From: Nocardioides sp.
GTDB taxonomy: Bacteria > Actinomycetota > Actinomycetes > Propionibacteriales > Nocardioidaceae
Length of the DNA stretch: 64,000 bases
Assembly: GCF_041600255.1 (NCBI RefSeq)
Contig: NZ_JBFIKK010000001.1
Location: 564 to 64,563, forward strand
Reading direction: 5' to 3'
Below, in pieces: positions 48,148-57,606 of the stretch. A program made the translations under genes and the position numbers. The notes under the pieces were generated by a model, which saw only the letters and a list, made by a program, of their open reading frames with translations, did no database searches and had not been told where the DNA came from. Positions within the stretch are counted from its first letter, which is position 1, and each line of letters opens with the position of its first letter.

Positions 48148-50022
48148 ATGAAAAGACCAAATCGCAAGACGGCCATCGCCGCGCTGTGTGCAGTCGGACT
48201 CATCCTCTCGGTACCCGGCGCCGCGACCGGACACCCCGGTCACGACGTCGCCTCGGATGGTGGCGTCGCGACGGGCGCAAAGGAACGCAACGCTCACCAG
48301 CACGGGGAGACCGACGGCCACCTGCCGCCGAGCAGCACGACCAACATTGACGTCGTGAGCAGACTGAAGCTGAAGAACGTGGTCCCCGAGAAGATCGCCG
48401 ATGTCGGTGTGCTGGGTGACTACGCCTATCTCGCGGCGTGGGGCGCGCGGACCTGCAAGTACAACGGCATCCATGTCGTGAACATCGCCGACGTGGAGAA
48501 CCCCGAGGAGGTCGCCTTCATCGGAGCCAAGCAGGGCAGCTACCCCGGCGAGGGGATCCAGGCCCTGTCCATCGACACCCCGAAGTTCAGCGGGGACATC
48601 GTGGTGAGCAACAACGAGAAGTGCAACGTCAACGCCGGCTTCGGCGGGATGAACATCTACGACATCACCAACCCCGAGCACCCGACCCCGCTCGCCGAGG
48701 GCTTCGGCGACGAGGACGTCAACGGCCAGGGAAAGAAGAGCGCCCACCAGACCCACAGCGTCTTCGCCTGGGACGCCGGCGCCAAGGCGTACGCCGTCAT
48801 GGTCGACAACGAGGAGGCCAGGGACGTCGACATCGTCGACATCACCAACCCCAAGAAGCCGAAGTTCATCGCCGAGTACGACCTCTACGAGGAGTTCCCG
48901 CAGATCGGGCAGGCGGCACCCTCCAACCTGCGCGAGATCTTCCTGCACGACATGGTGGTCAAGGAGATCGACGGAAGCCAGGTCATGCTCCTGTCGTACT
49001 GGGACGGCGGCTACGTGAAGATCGACGTCACGGACCCCCTGAACCCCCAGTACCTGGGTGACACCGACTTCGCAGCCGTCGACCCGGAGGCTGCCGAGAG
49101 TGGTTTCACGGTTGCTCCTGAGGGCAACGCCCACCAGGCCGAGTTCACGATGAACAACGACTACGTCGTCGGAGCGGACGAGGACTTCGGCCCCTACGCC
49201 CTCACGGCCAGCAATGTCGACGACGGCACGTCGATCAACGCCAGCCAGGGCAGCGACACCACGAAGCTGCCGGAGGGCGAGACCATCACCGGTGAGTCGG
49301 TCTTCTTCGGCCGGGGCTGCAACGGCGACGCCAACGCCGGCCCGGGTGACGGCACGCAGATCGCGGTCGTCGAGCGCGGGCTGTGCACCTTCACGGAGAA
49401 GGTGTCCAACGTGATCAGCGCCGGGGGTTACTCCGCTGTGCTGATCTTCAACCGCACCGGCACCGACGGGTGTGACAGCTCACTCGGCATGAGCGTCGCC
49501 GGCGACATCCCGACGTTCGGTGTGGCGCCGCGCAGTCAGGGCTTCGCCATCTTCGATGCGGCCTACAGCAATGCCGACTGCCTGGCCGGCACAGGCGCCT
49601 CCGTGGTGTCTCCGGCGCCCGTGGGCACCCTGGGTGACACGCTGACCTTCTCGTCGTACTTCGACGGTTGGGGCTACGTGCACCTGTTCGACAACTCGGA
49701 CGGCAAGATGACCGAGCTCGACACCTACGCCGTCCCGGAGGCGCACGATCCGGCCTACGCAAGTGGCTACGGCGACCTGTCGGTGCACGAGGTGGCGACC
49801 TCGCAGGCGGATGCCAACCGTCTCTACTTCTCGTACTACGCGGCCGGTTTCCGGGTCGCGGAGATCATCGGCGGGGAGATCGTCGAGAAGGGTCACTACA
49901 TCGCTCCGGAGGGCAACAACTTCTGGGGAGTGGAGGTCTTCACGAAGGACGGTCAGGAGTACGTCGCCGCCTCCGACCGGGACAACGGCCTGTGGATCTT
50001 CAAGTACACGCCGTCACCCTGA
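48148..50022 (+). CDS. Secreted LVIVD-repeat beta-propeller protein with inserted PA domain
   Basis: Signal peptide; repeats such as IHVVNIADVENP, MNIYDITNPEHP, IVDITNPKKP, KIDVTDPLNP; PA motif IAVVERGLCTFTEK. Confidence 0.8.
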   Translation: MKRPNRKTAIAALCAVGLILSVPGAATGHPGHDVASDGGVATGAKERNAHQHGETDGHLPPSSTTNIDVVSRLKLKNVVPEKIADVGVLGDYAYLAAWGARTCKYNGIHVVNIADVENPEEVAFIGAKQGSYPGEGIQALSIDTPKFSGDIVVSNNEKCNVNAGFGGMNIYDITNPEHPTPLAEGFGDEDVNGQGKKSAHQTHSVFAWDAGAKAYAVMVDNEEARDVDIVDITNPKKPKFIAEYDLYEEFPQIGQAAPSNLREIFLHDMVVKEIDGSQVMLLSYWDGGYVKIDVTDPLNPQYLGDTDFAAVDPEAAESGFTVAPEGNAHQAEFTMNNDYVVGADEDFGPYALTASNVDDGTSINASQGSDTTKLPEGETITGESVFFGRGCNGDANAGPGDGTQIAVVERGLCTFTEKVSNVISAGGYSAVLIFNRTGTDGCDSSLGMSVAGDIPTFGVAPRSQGFAIFDAAYSNADCLAGTGASVVSPAPVGTLGDTLTFSSYFDGWGYVHLFDNSDGKMTELDTYAVPEAHDPAYASGYGDLSVHEVATSQADANRLYFSYYAAGFRVAEIIGGEIVEKGHYIAPEGNNFWGVEVFTKDGQEYVAASDRDNGLWIFKYTPSP

Positions 50023-50041
50023 GGTAGGCACTGCACCACCC

Positions 50042-50076
50042 GCGATGGCCCGGACCCAGGTGGTCCGGGCCATCGT
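50042..50076 (+). terminator. Hairpin after the LVIVD gene
   Basis: GCGATGGCCCGGACC-caggt-GGTCCGGGCCATCGT. Confidence 0.7.
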
Positions 50077-50121
50077 GCTGCCCGGATCGCTCCGCGGCCA
50101 GTGGTGACCCAGGAGGCTGGC

Positions 50122-50149
50122 TTGAGTCCGGGGCTTGCGCAACCGATAG
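50122..50149 (+). promoter_or_regulatory. Possible third sigma28-type promoter TTGAG-N15-ACCGATAG
   Basis: Same 15-nt spacing and -10 box as the 27980 and 28249 motifs; intergenic, 40 nt before a small ORF. Confidence 0.4.
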
Positions 50150-50189
50150 AGGGGGTGCGCGGAGGGCGCACTGAGGGAGGGAACGGTCG

Positions 50190-50381
50190 ATGGTGCCGAG
50201 CGTGGCGCAGTTCGACAAGGTCAGGGTCGTGCGGGTGGCCACCGTGCTGCTGCTGGCCGTGATGCTCGGCTTCTGGGGCGTGAGCCTCGCGCAGTCGGCC
50301 TGGTCGGACGTGGTGATGAGTCCGCTGGCGTGCCTGCCGGCCGTGCTGCTGTGGTTCCGCGTGGAGACCGGTCGCCTCTAG
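50190..50381 (+). CDS. Small two-TM membrane protein
   Basis: 63 aa, two hydrophobic segments, GAGGGAGGG RBS region. Confidence 0.55.
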   Translation: MVPSVAQFDKVRVVRVATVLLLAVMLGFWGVSLAQSAWSDVVMSPLACLPAVLLWFRVETGRL

Positions 50382-50391
50382 GTCGCCGCGG

Positions 50392-50748
50392 CTACGCCAC
50401 CGGGAAGGCGAGTGCCATCAACTGTCGCACCTCGACATGGCGGGTGAGGAACGCGCGCTCGTCGTACCTCTTGCGGCGCAGCCAGCCGGTGACCTCGTCG
50501 TTGCACTTGCTGGCATTGCACGACGCGCAGGCGGGGGCGATGTTGTCGAGCGTGTAGCGGCCGCCCCGCGAGATCGGCAGCACGCAGTCGCGCTGCAGCG
50601 GCTTGTCGGTGACACCGCAGTAGGCGCACCCACCCCACGCCTCCTGGAGCGCGGCCCACTGGGCGGCGCTCAGATCGTGCTCGACGCTGTCCATCCGGCG
50701 CTTGCGGCGACGGGCGTACCGCGCCGTGCGCGCTCCGGGGGCTGCCAC
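50392..50748 (-). CDS. Small HNH-family protein (His replaced by Cys variant)
   Basis: CAYCG...LQRDCVLPISRGGRYTLDNIAPACASCNASK. Confidence 0.85.
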   Translation of the reverse strand: MAAPGARTARYARRRKRRMDSVEHDLSAAQWAALQEAWGGCAYCGVTDKPLQRDCVLPISRGGRYTLDNIAPACASCNASKCNDEVTGWLRRKRYDERAFLTRHVEVRQLMALAFPVA

Positions 50749-50780
50749 CGGGCCAGCCTAGGCCGTCCTATCCTGAGCGC

Positions 50781-51067
50781 GTGGACCTGGAGTTCAGTGG
50801 CGAGGTGTGCTTCTGGCGCGGCCCGTCGCCGTTCCACTTCGTCACCGTTCCCGAGGACGAGAGCGCGGAGCTCAAGGCGCTGTCCGCGGCCGTCACCTAC
50901 GGCTGGGGGATGATCCCGGTCGAGGTCCGGTCGGCGCGACGCGCTGCACGACGTCGTTGTTCCCGAAGGACGGCGGATACGTCGTCCCGTTGAAGAACCT
51001 GCTCCGCCACGGTGAGGGGATCGAGGTCGGCGACACCGTCACGATCCGGCTCGCCGTCGACGTCTGA
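50781..51067 (+). pseudogene. DUF1905 family gene, frameshifted
   Basis: MDLEFSGEV..WRGPSPFHFV...GWGMIPVEVR continues in another frame as GATRCTTSLFPKDGGYVVPLK; one base is missing at 50930/50931. Confidence 0.75.
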
Positions 51068-51101
51068 GCCCGGTGTCGGCTCCCGGGCCTACGCTCGTCG
51101 C

Positions 51102-52208
51102 ATGGCAGCCGTCCATCAGTTGAGCCGTGCCGAGGCCCGCCGGATCGCCGTCGCCGCCCAGCTGCTCACCGCGGAGCGACCCACCGACCTGGTCGAGACG
51201 GTGCGCCGGCTCTCGCTGCTCCAGATCGAGCCCACGAGCGCCGTCGCGCCGAGCGCCGAGCTGGTGCTCTGGAGTCGGCTCGGCTCGGCGTTCGACCCGC
51301 GGGAGCTGTGGGCCGCGGTCGACGAGCAGCGTCTGATCGAGCTGGACCAGCGGCTGCTCGTGCCCGAGGACATCGCCCTCTTCCGCGCCGAGATGGCGGC
51401 CTGGCCGGGCGTGGGGGAGCTGCGCGACTGGCAGGAGCGCCAGCGCGAGTGGCTCCGCGCCAACAACGACTGTCGTCGCGACATCCTCGAGCGGCTGCGC
51501 GCCGACGGCCCGCTGCCGATGAGCGAGCTGCCCGACACCTGCGTCGTCCCCTGGCAGTCGAGCGGGTGGAACAACAACCGCAACCTCCGGATGATGCTCG
51601 ACCGGCTGGTGCAGCGCGGTGAGGTGGCGGCGGCCGGCGGCACCGGCCGGGCCCGGCTCTGGGACCTCGCCGAACGGATCTACCCCGACGACCCGGTGCC
51701 CTCGCTGGAGGAGGCCGCCCGGTTGCGGGCGGAGCGTCGCCTCGGAGCGCTCGGGATCGCGCGCGCCAGGACCGCCAAGCTGCCCTTCGAGCCGGTCGAC
51801 GTCGGCGAGGTGGGGGAGCCGGCCGTGGTCGAGGGTGTCCGCGGCCAGTGGCGGGTCGACCCGGCCCAGCTCGGTCGCCCCTTCGAGGGCCGGGCGGCGC
51901 TGCTCTCGCCGTTCGACCGCTTGATCGCCGACCGCAAGCGGATGGACGAGCTCTTCGAGTTCGACTACGTCCTGGAGATGTACAAGCCCGCTGCGCAGCG
52001 GGTGTGGGGCTACTACGCCCTGCCGATCCTGTACGGCGACCGGCTGGTCGGGAAGCTCGACGCCACCGCCGATCCGGACGCCGGCGAGCTCCGGGTGTCC
52101 GCGATCCACCAGGACGCGCCGTTCGATCGGGCGACGGCTGTCGCGGTCGAGGGCGAGATCCGTGATCTGGCCACCTGGCTCGACCTGACGCCGGTGCTGC
52201 CCGACTGA
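51102..52208 (+). CDS. YcaQ/AlkZ-family winged-helix DNA glycosylase-like protein
   Basis: LLQIEPTSAVAPSAELVLWSR, RLWDLAERIYP, LLSPFDRLI, EMYKPAAQRVWGYYALPILYGD. Confidence 0.88.
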   Translation: MAAVHQLSRAEARRIAVAAQLLTAERPTDLVETVRRLSLLQIEPTSAVAPSAELVLWSRLGSAFDPRELWAAVDEQRLIELDQRLLVPEDIALFRAEMAAWPGVGELRDWQERQREWLRANNDCRRDILERLRADGPLPMSELPDTCVVPWQSSGWNNNRNLRMMLDRLVQRGEVAAAGGTGRARLWDLAERIYPDDPVPSLEEAARLRAERRLGALGIARARTAKLPFEPVDVGEVGEPAVVEGVRGQWRVDPAQLGRPFEGRAALLSPFDRLIADRKRMDELFEFDYVLEMYKPAAQRVWGYYALPILYGDRLVGKLDATADPDAGELRVSAIHQDAPFDRATAVAVEGEIRDLATWLDLTPVLPD

Positions 52209-52322
52209 GCCCCGCAGTTCCGTCCGGGCCAGACGAACCAGGAGAAATGACCCGTTCTGCTCACAGACCCGGCCCGGTGGGGGAGCGCATGCTCGAAGGA
52301 GTCGACCTCTTCGGGAGGGCCC

Positions 52323-53285
52323 ATGGCGACCCTGCTCGCCCCACCAGGACCGGTGCCGGCCGCGGTCACCCGCGACCTCGACCGGCTGGACGCCGCGCTG
52401 GACGACCAACTGCCCGCCAAGACGGCCGACAACCTGCTGATCGGCACCTGGAACCTGCGCGCCTTCTCCGACCTGACCCCGAAGTGGCAGTCCGGCGCCG
52501 GGGACAGCCCCAAGCGCGACTGGCACGCGCTGTCCTGCATCGCGGCGGTGATCGACCGCTTCGACGTGACGGCCATCCAGGAGAGCCGTCGCAACACCAC
52601 CGCGCTGTTCGCACTGCTGGGGCGGCTCGGACCGCGGTTCAAGGTGCTCGCCTCCGACGTCACCGAGGGTGGCCCCGGCAATGGGGAACGGTTGGCCTAC
52701 ATCTACGACAGCGACCGGGTCCAGCCCTCGGGATTGGTGGGTGAGCTGGTGCTCCCGAAGGGGACCAGCAGCGAGGTGGACCAGTTCGCCCGGACGCCGT
52801 ACGCCGCCGGCTTCGTCCGGGGTGAGACCGACTTCATCCTGACCACCGTGCACGTGCTCTGGGGGTCCTCGCCCCGGGACCGGATCGGGGAGCTGACCGC
52901 GTTCGTCGAGTGGATGCGCACCTGGGCCGAGCGGCCCGACGACTGGAACCACAACCTCCTGGTGCTCGGCGACTTCAACCTCGACCGGATGGGCGACCCC
53001 CTCTTCGACGCCTTCGTGTCGACCGGGCTGTGGCCTCCGGCCGAGCTCAACGACGTACGCCGGACCATCTTCGACTCCGGCGAGGAGCACCACTTCTACG
53101 ACCAGATCGCCTGGTTCAGCGACCCGACCCGGCCCGACATGCCCTCGCTCCTCGACGGCCTGACCTACACCGGCCGGGGTGGCTCGTTCGACTTCGTGCC
53201 GCTCGCCCTGCAGGGGCTGACCAAGGCCCAGCTCTCCTGGCGGATCAGCGACCACTACCCGCTCTGGGTGGAGTTCACGGTCTGA
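52323..53285 (+). CDS. Endonuclease/exonuclease/phosphatase (EEP) family protein, cytoplasmic
   Basis: GTWNLRAF, AIQE, RTPY, VHVLWG, GDFN, YDQI, ISDHYP. Confidence 0.9.
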   Translation: MATLLAPPGPVPAAVTRDLDRLDAALDDQLPAKTADNLLIGTWNLRAFSDLTPKWQSGAGDSPKRDWHALSCIAAVIDRFDVTAIQESRRNTTALFALLGRLGPRFKVLASDVTEGGPGNGERLAYIYDSDRVQPSGLVGELVLPKGTSSEVDQFARTPYAAGFVRGETDFILTTVHVLWGSSPRDRIGELTAFVEWMRTWAERPDDWNHNLLVLGDFNLDRMGDPLFDAFVSTGLWPPAELNDVRRTIFDSGEEHHFYDQIAWFSDPTRPDMPSLLDGLTYTGRGGSFDFVPLALQGLTKAQLSWRISDHYPLWVEFTV

Positions 53286-53313
53286 CCCGAGGCGCTGCGG
53301 ATAACCTGCCGGG

Positions 53314-53733
53314 ATGACTAGCGGCTGCGTCTTCTGCGCGATCGTCTCCGGCGACACCCCGGCCGACGTGGTGCTTGACGAGCCCGAGCTGGTCGCCTTC
53401 CTGGACCAGCGCCCGGTGTTCAAGGGGCACACGCTGCTCGTGCCCCGCGAGCACGTCGAGACCCTGCCCGACCTGCCCGCGGAGCAGCGCGACGGGTTCC
53501 TGGCCGCAGCCCAGCGGCTGGCGACCGCGATGGTCGAGGGGCTGGGCGCGCAGGGCAGCTTCGTCGCGATGAACAACACGGTCAGCCAGTCCGTGCCGCA
53601 CCTGCACCTGCACGTGGTGCCCCGCACCAAGGGCGACGGACTGCGGGGCTTCTTCTGGCCACGGCAGAAGTACGCCGACGACGCCGAGCGAGCGGCCTAC
53701 GCCGGCGAGCTGCGGCGGACGCTGACCGGCTGA
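53314..53733 (+). CDS. HIT family nucleotide hydrolase
   Basis: CVFCAI, GHTLLVPREH, QSVPHLHLHVVPR. Confidence 0.95.
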   Translation: MTSGCVFCAIVSGDTPADVVLDEPELVAFLDQRPVFKGHTLLVPREHVETLPDLPAEQRDGFLAAAQRLATAMVEGLGAQGSFVAMNNTVSQSVPHLHLHVVPRTKGDGLRGFFWPRQKYADDAERAAYAGELRRTLTG

Positions 53734-54773
53734 GGGTCCTCGAGCAGCGACGGTACGGCGACCGGCTGCTCGATCAGGTGCGGTCGACCCCCCAGGTGGT
53801 TGCCGGTGCCCCAGGCGGCGATCCACACGGCCGCGACCCCGATCACGATGCCGCCCAGGGCATCGACCGAGTAGTGCCAGCCCAGGTAGACGGTGGCGAG
53901 GGTGGTCAGGGCCAGGAAGACCCAGCCGCTGACGCGGATCCACGTGGCCAGGCCGAGCAGGTGCGCCATCAGCACCATCGTCACCACGATGGCCACGTGC
54001 AGCGAGGCGAACGCCGCGATCGGCTGCACCGCCCCCACGGCCCACGGGTCGGCGAGCATCTCGGCGCGCCCCTCCAGCATCGACGTCTGCAGGGACCCGA
54101 CGTAGGTGGCCGGTAGGTCGTCGAAGCGCTCAGGCGTGGCGTAGATCGGCCCGAGTGAGGGCACCAGGAAGTAGGTCAGCATCCCGATCGCCCAGTTCAG
54201 TGCCAGCGCGGTCACGTACCAGGCTGTCGCGGCGATCCGACGGGTCCAGATCAGGGCGATGGCCAGGGTGATCGGGATCAGCGCCAGCCAGGCGACGTAC
54301 ACGACGGAGAGGACGTGGGCCGCCCAGCCGGTCCCGAGCAGGTCGTGCAGGACCGCGGCGGGGTCGTGGCCGAGCCAGAGCGCTCGGTCAACCCGGTCCA
54401 GGGGGCGGTCCCACAGGTCGCGGTTGACGAAGGGGATGTAGCTCTTCAGGTTCCGGAAGGCCGAGTTGCAGAGGTAGGACACGGCCATCCCGGCCAGCGC
54501 GAAGCGCAGGTAGGTGCTCGGCCAGCGCTCGTGCGCCACGACGCGGGCGGTCTCGAACAGGCCTCGGGGGGTGCGCCAGCTGCGGGCGACGGTGCGCGGC
54601 ACGACGTCGGCGAGGAAGGCGAGCACGATGATCGCCGGCACCTGCAGGTACGTCGGACCGGCCACCCCGTCGGGGTCGCGCACCGGCAGACGGTAGCTCC
54701 ACGCGATCCAGAGGGTCGCCACGACGAGGACGGCCACGACGAGTGCCGCGAAGCGGAAGTTGGGTCTGCCCAC
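53697..54773 (-). CDS. PAP2-like (AUR1/IPC synthase-type) membrane protein
   Basis: FRNLKSYIP, PSLGPIY, AAFASLH, TVYLGWHYSVD. Confidence 0.85.
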   Translation of the reverse strand: MGRPNFRFAALVVAVLVVATLWIAWSYRLPVRDPDGVAGPTYLQVPAIIVLAFLADVVPRTVARSWRTPRGLFETARVVAHERWPSTYLRFALAGMAVSYLCNSAFRNLKSYIPFVNRDLWDRPLDRVDRALWLGHDPAAVLHDLLGTGWAAHVLSVVYVAWLALIPITLAIALIWTRRIAATAWYVTALALNWAIGMLTYFLVPSLGPIYATPERFDDLPATYVGSLQTSMLEGRAEMLADPWAVGAVQPIAAFASLHVAIVVTMVLMAHLLGLATWIRVSGWVFLALTTLATVYLGWHYSVDALGGIVIGVAAVWIAAWGTGNHLGGRPHLIEQPVAVPSLLEDPQPVSVRRSSPA

Positions 54774-54893
54774 CCCAGCAGGCTACCCACTCGGTGCCCC
54801 GGCCCGGGCGTGCCTCGGGTGCGCGGCGGTCCTAGAGTGTCTGCGATCGCGAGACGGTGCGGGAACTCCCGCCGGTGACGAGGAGACAAGATC

Positions 54894-55649
54894 ATGGGTC
54901 GTTTTGACGGACGCGTTGCAGTCATCACCGGAGCCGCGCGCGGCATCGGCTTCGGCACCGCCCAGCGGTTCGCGGACGAGGGCGCCGCGGTGGCCATCAT
55001 CGACCTCGACGAGAGCGCCGCCATCGAAGCCGCCGGTCGCCTGGGCACCAAGGCCATCGGGATCGGCTGCGACGTCGCCGACGCGACCTCGGTCGACGCC
55101 GCGATCGCCCGCGTGGTCGAGGAGCTCGGCGGGATCCACATCCTGGTGAACAACGCCGGCATCACCCGCGACAACCTGCTCTTCAAGATGTCCGAGGACG
55201 ACTGGGACATGGTGATGAACGTCCACCTCAAGGGCGCGTTCCTGATGACGAAGGCCGCCCAGAAGCACTTCGTCGAGCAGAAGTACGGCAAGATCCTCAA
55301 CCTCTCGAGCGTCTCCGCGCTCGGCAACCGCGGCCAGGCGAACTACTCGGCCGCGAAGATGGGCGTGCAGGGCTTCACCCGCACCCTGGGCATCGAGCTG
55401 GGCCCCTACGGGATCAACGCCAACGCGATCGCTCCGGGCTTCATCGCCACCGAGATGACCGACGCCACGGCTGCGCGCCTGAAGATCGACGTGGACGAGT
55501 TCCGCAAGATGAACGCCGAGGCCAACCCGGTACGCCGGGTCGGCCACCCCGAGGACATCGCTGCTGCGGCCGCGTTCCTGTGCAGCGACGAGGCGTCGTA
55601 CATCACCGGCCAGACGCTGTACGTCGACGGTGGCGCCAAGCTCGGCTGA
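54894..55649 (+). CDS. fabG: 3-oxoacyl-ACP reductase
   Basis: TGAARGIG, NNAGITRD, GQANYSAAK, NAIAPGFI, YITGQTLYVDGG. Confidence 0.9.
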   Translation: MGRFDGRVAVITGAARGIGFGTAQRFADEGAAVAIIDLDESAAIEAAGRLGTKAIGIGCDVADATSVDAAIARVVEELGGIHILVNNAGITRDNLLFKMSEDDWDMVMNVHLKGAFLMTKAAQKHFVEQKYGKILNLSSVSALGNRGQANYSAAKMGVQGFTRTLGIELGPYGINANAIAPGFIATEMTDATAARLKIDVDEFRKMNAEANPVRRVGHPEDIAAAAAFLCSDEASYITGQTLYVDGGAKLG

Positions 55650-55752
55650 TCTGCCGAGCCGGCAGGCGGGTCCACCGGGCGCGCCTGCCCCGCGGCGCCG
55701 ACCGTGCGCCGCACACTTGATCCATCACGAACATCCCCTGATCGGAGCCCCC

Positions 55753-56754
55753 GTGCGTCGCGTTCGTCTGTCTGTGGCCGTCCTTCTCTCCGCCAGCCTC
55801 CTCCTCGCCGGGTGCAGCAAGGACGACGCCGAACCGTCGTCCGCGCCCACCCAGGAGGTGGAGGAGAGTGAGACGATCCCGGCCACCTGGCCGCTGACCG
55901 GCCTGGAGGCCACGGGCAAGGAGAACCCGTCGCGCAAGCACCCGGTGCTGGTCACGAAGATCGACAACACCTCCTCGAGCGCTCCGCAGGTCGGGCTGGG
56001 CAAGGCCGACCTGGTCGTCGAGGAGCTCGTGGAGGGCGGGTTGACCCGCCTGGCCGCCTTCTTCTACTCCGACCTTCCCGACAAGGTCGGACCGGTCCGG
56101 TCGATGCGGGCCAGTGACATCGGCATCGTCTCGCCGGTCGACGGTGCGGTGGTGACGAGTGGGGCTGCCGGCGGCACCATCGCCCGGATCCGGGACGCGG
56201 GCATCCCGTTCTTCCAGGAGGGCGCGGAGGGTCTGTACCGCGCCAGCGACCGCCGCGCGCCGTACAACGTCTTCGCGAACCTGGGCGACGTCGCCTCGGC
56301 GATCAAGCAGAAGTCCCTGCGGCCGGACGACTACCTGCCGTGGGGCGAGGCGGCCGACCTGCCGAAGGGGCAGAAGGCCCGCACGATCGCGGCGCGCTTC
56401 TCCGGTGGCCACACCACGAACTGGAGCTACCGCAAGGGCGGCTACGTCAACGAGAACAGCCACGCCGCGGCCGGGGACGAGTTCCCGGCCGACACGGTGC
56501 TGGTGCTGCGGGTGCGCGTCGTCGACGCCGGCTACCGGGACCCGGCCGGGAACTTCGTGCCCGAGACCGTGCTGACCGGGCGCGGCCAGGCGATGCTTTT
56601 CCACGGTGGCCGCCTGGTCCGGGGCACGTGGAAGAAGGCCGGCCTCGACGCTGCGTTGACGCTGTCGACGAAGGCCGGCGAGCTGGTCGTGCCGGCCGGC
56701 CACGTCTGGATCGAGCTGGTCCCGGCCGAGGACGGCGACGTCACCTACCGGTAG
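55753..56754 (+). CDS. DUF3048 family lipoprotein
   Basis: Lipobox LAG-C; WPLTG, KIDN, PQVGL..ADLVVEELVEGGLTR, GPVRSMR, APYN. Confidence 0.9.
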   Translation: MRRVRLSVAVLLSASLLLAGCSKDDAEPSSAPTQEVEESETIPATWPLTGLEATGKENPSRKHPVLVTKIDNTSSSAPQVGLGKADLVVEELVEGGLTRLAAFFYSDLPDKVGPVRSMRASDIGIVSPVDGAVVTSGAAGGTIARIRDAGIPFFQEGAEGLYRASDRRAPYNVFANLGDVASAIKQKSLRPDDYLPWGEAADLPKGQKARTIAARFSGGHTTNWSYRKGGYVNENSHAAAGDEFPADTVLVLRVRVVDAGYRDPAGNFVPETVLTGRGQAMLFHGGRLVRGTWKKAGLDAALTLSTKAGELVVPAGHVWIELVPAEDGDVTYR

Positions 56755-56782
56755 GTCGACCCGGCGCCTCCGGGCGCCGAGC

Positions 56783-57472
56783 TCACTGCTGGGGGATCTC
56801 CACCCCGGGCAGCTCCACGCCGGAGGCCGCGAGCGCCTGGAAGCCGGCCAGGATGAAGCCGATGGCGGTCTCCACCCGGGCGGCGGCGGCGTTCGGGTCC
56901 GGGGCACTGGAGACCGACTCCCCGGCCGAGGACATCGCGCCGAAGAAGATCCGGGCGAACGTCTGCAGCATGTCCTCGTCCAGGTTCCAGGCACCCGCGG
57001 TCAGCACGGCGCGGACGATGTCGAGGACGTTCGAGAACGTCGAGCGCTCCTCCTGCTCGCGGTAGCGCTCGTAGCCGAGGACCGCGGGCCCTTCCTGGAT
57101 CACGATCCGGCGGTAACCGGGCTCCTGGACCACGGCGAGGAAGGCGCGAAGCCCGGCCCGGGCCTTCTCCCAGGGGTCGGGCTGGTCCTGCAGGGACTGC
57201 TGGATCGCCTTGGAGGCGGTGCTCTCGACGCGCTCGAAGACGGCCTCGAAGAGCGCCTGCTTGCCACTGAAGTGGTGGTAGAGCGCTCCCTTGGTCACGT
57301 CGGCGCCGGCCACGATCGCGTCCAGGGACGTGGAGGCGTACCCGTGCGTGGTGAAGAGCTCCTCGGCGACGTCGACCAGCGCGTTCTTGGTCGACGCCGA
57401 GTACTGCTGCCGACGACTGCTGCCCCCCTGGGGGACCTTGGGCACGAGGCGGGACACCGAGGATCTGCTCAT
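56783..57472 (-). CDS. TetR-family regulator
   Basis: GYASTSLDAIVAGADVTKGALYHHFSGK. Confidence 0.95.
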   Translation of the reverse strand: MSRSSVSRLVPKVPQGGSSRRQQYSASTKNALVDVAEELFTTHGYASTSLDAIVAGADVTKGALYHHFSGKQALFEAVFERVESTASKAIQQSLQDQPDPWEKARAGLRAFLAVVQEPGYRRIVIQEGPAVLGYERYREQEERSTFSNVLDIVRAVLTAGAWNLDEDMLQTFARIFFGAMSSAGESVSSAPDPNAAAARVETAIGFILAGFQALAASGVELPGVEIPQQ

Positions 57473-57532
57473 CCCGCGAGTCTAGGGCGACGTTCGGGCA
57501 CGGGTGACGGGGATCACCGGGGCGGAGGTTTG

Positions 57533-57579
57533 CATACCGAAAGTATGGGGGATTACTCTCGGTACGTACCAACGGTATG
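57533..57579. promoter_or_regulatory. Three TAC-N5-GTA inverted repeats between the divergent tetR and hypothetical gene (putative TetR operators)
   Basis: CATACCGAAAGTATG (57533-57547), TACTCTCGGTA (57554-57564), CGTACCAACGGTATG (57565-57579). Confidence 0.6.
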
Positions 57580-57606
57580 TGCGTGAGAGACAAAGGAGTC
57601 CCCCCC

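Noticed and set aside
47561-53733. Prophage or integrative island at ssrA
   Set aside because: No integrase and no duplicated ssrA 3' end was seen. The AGCTCCACCA match at ~6603 lies inside the WS/DGAT gene and is coincidental.
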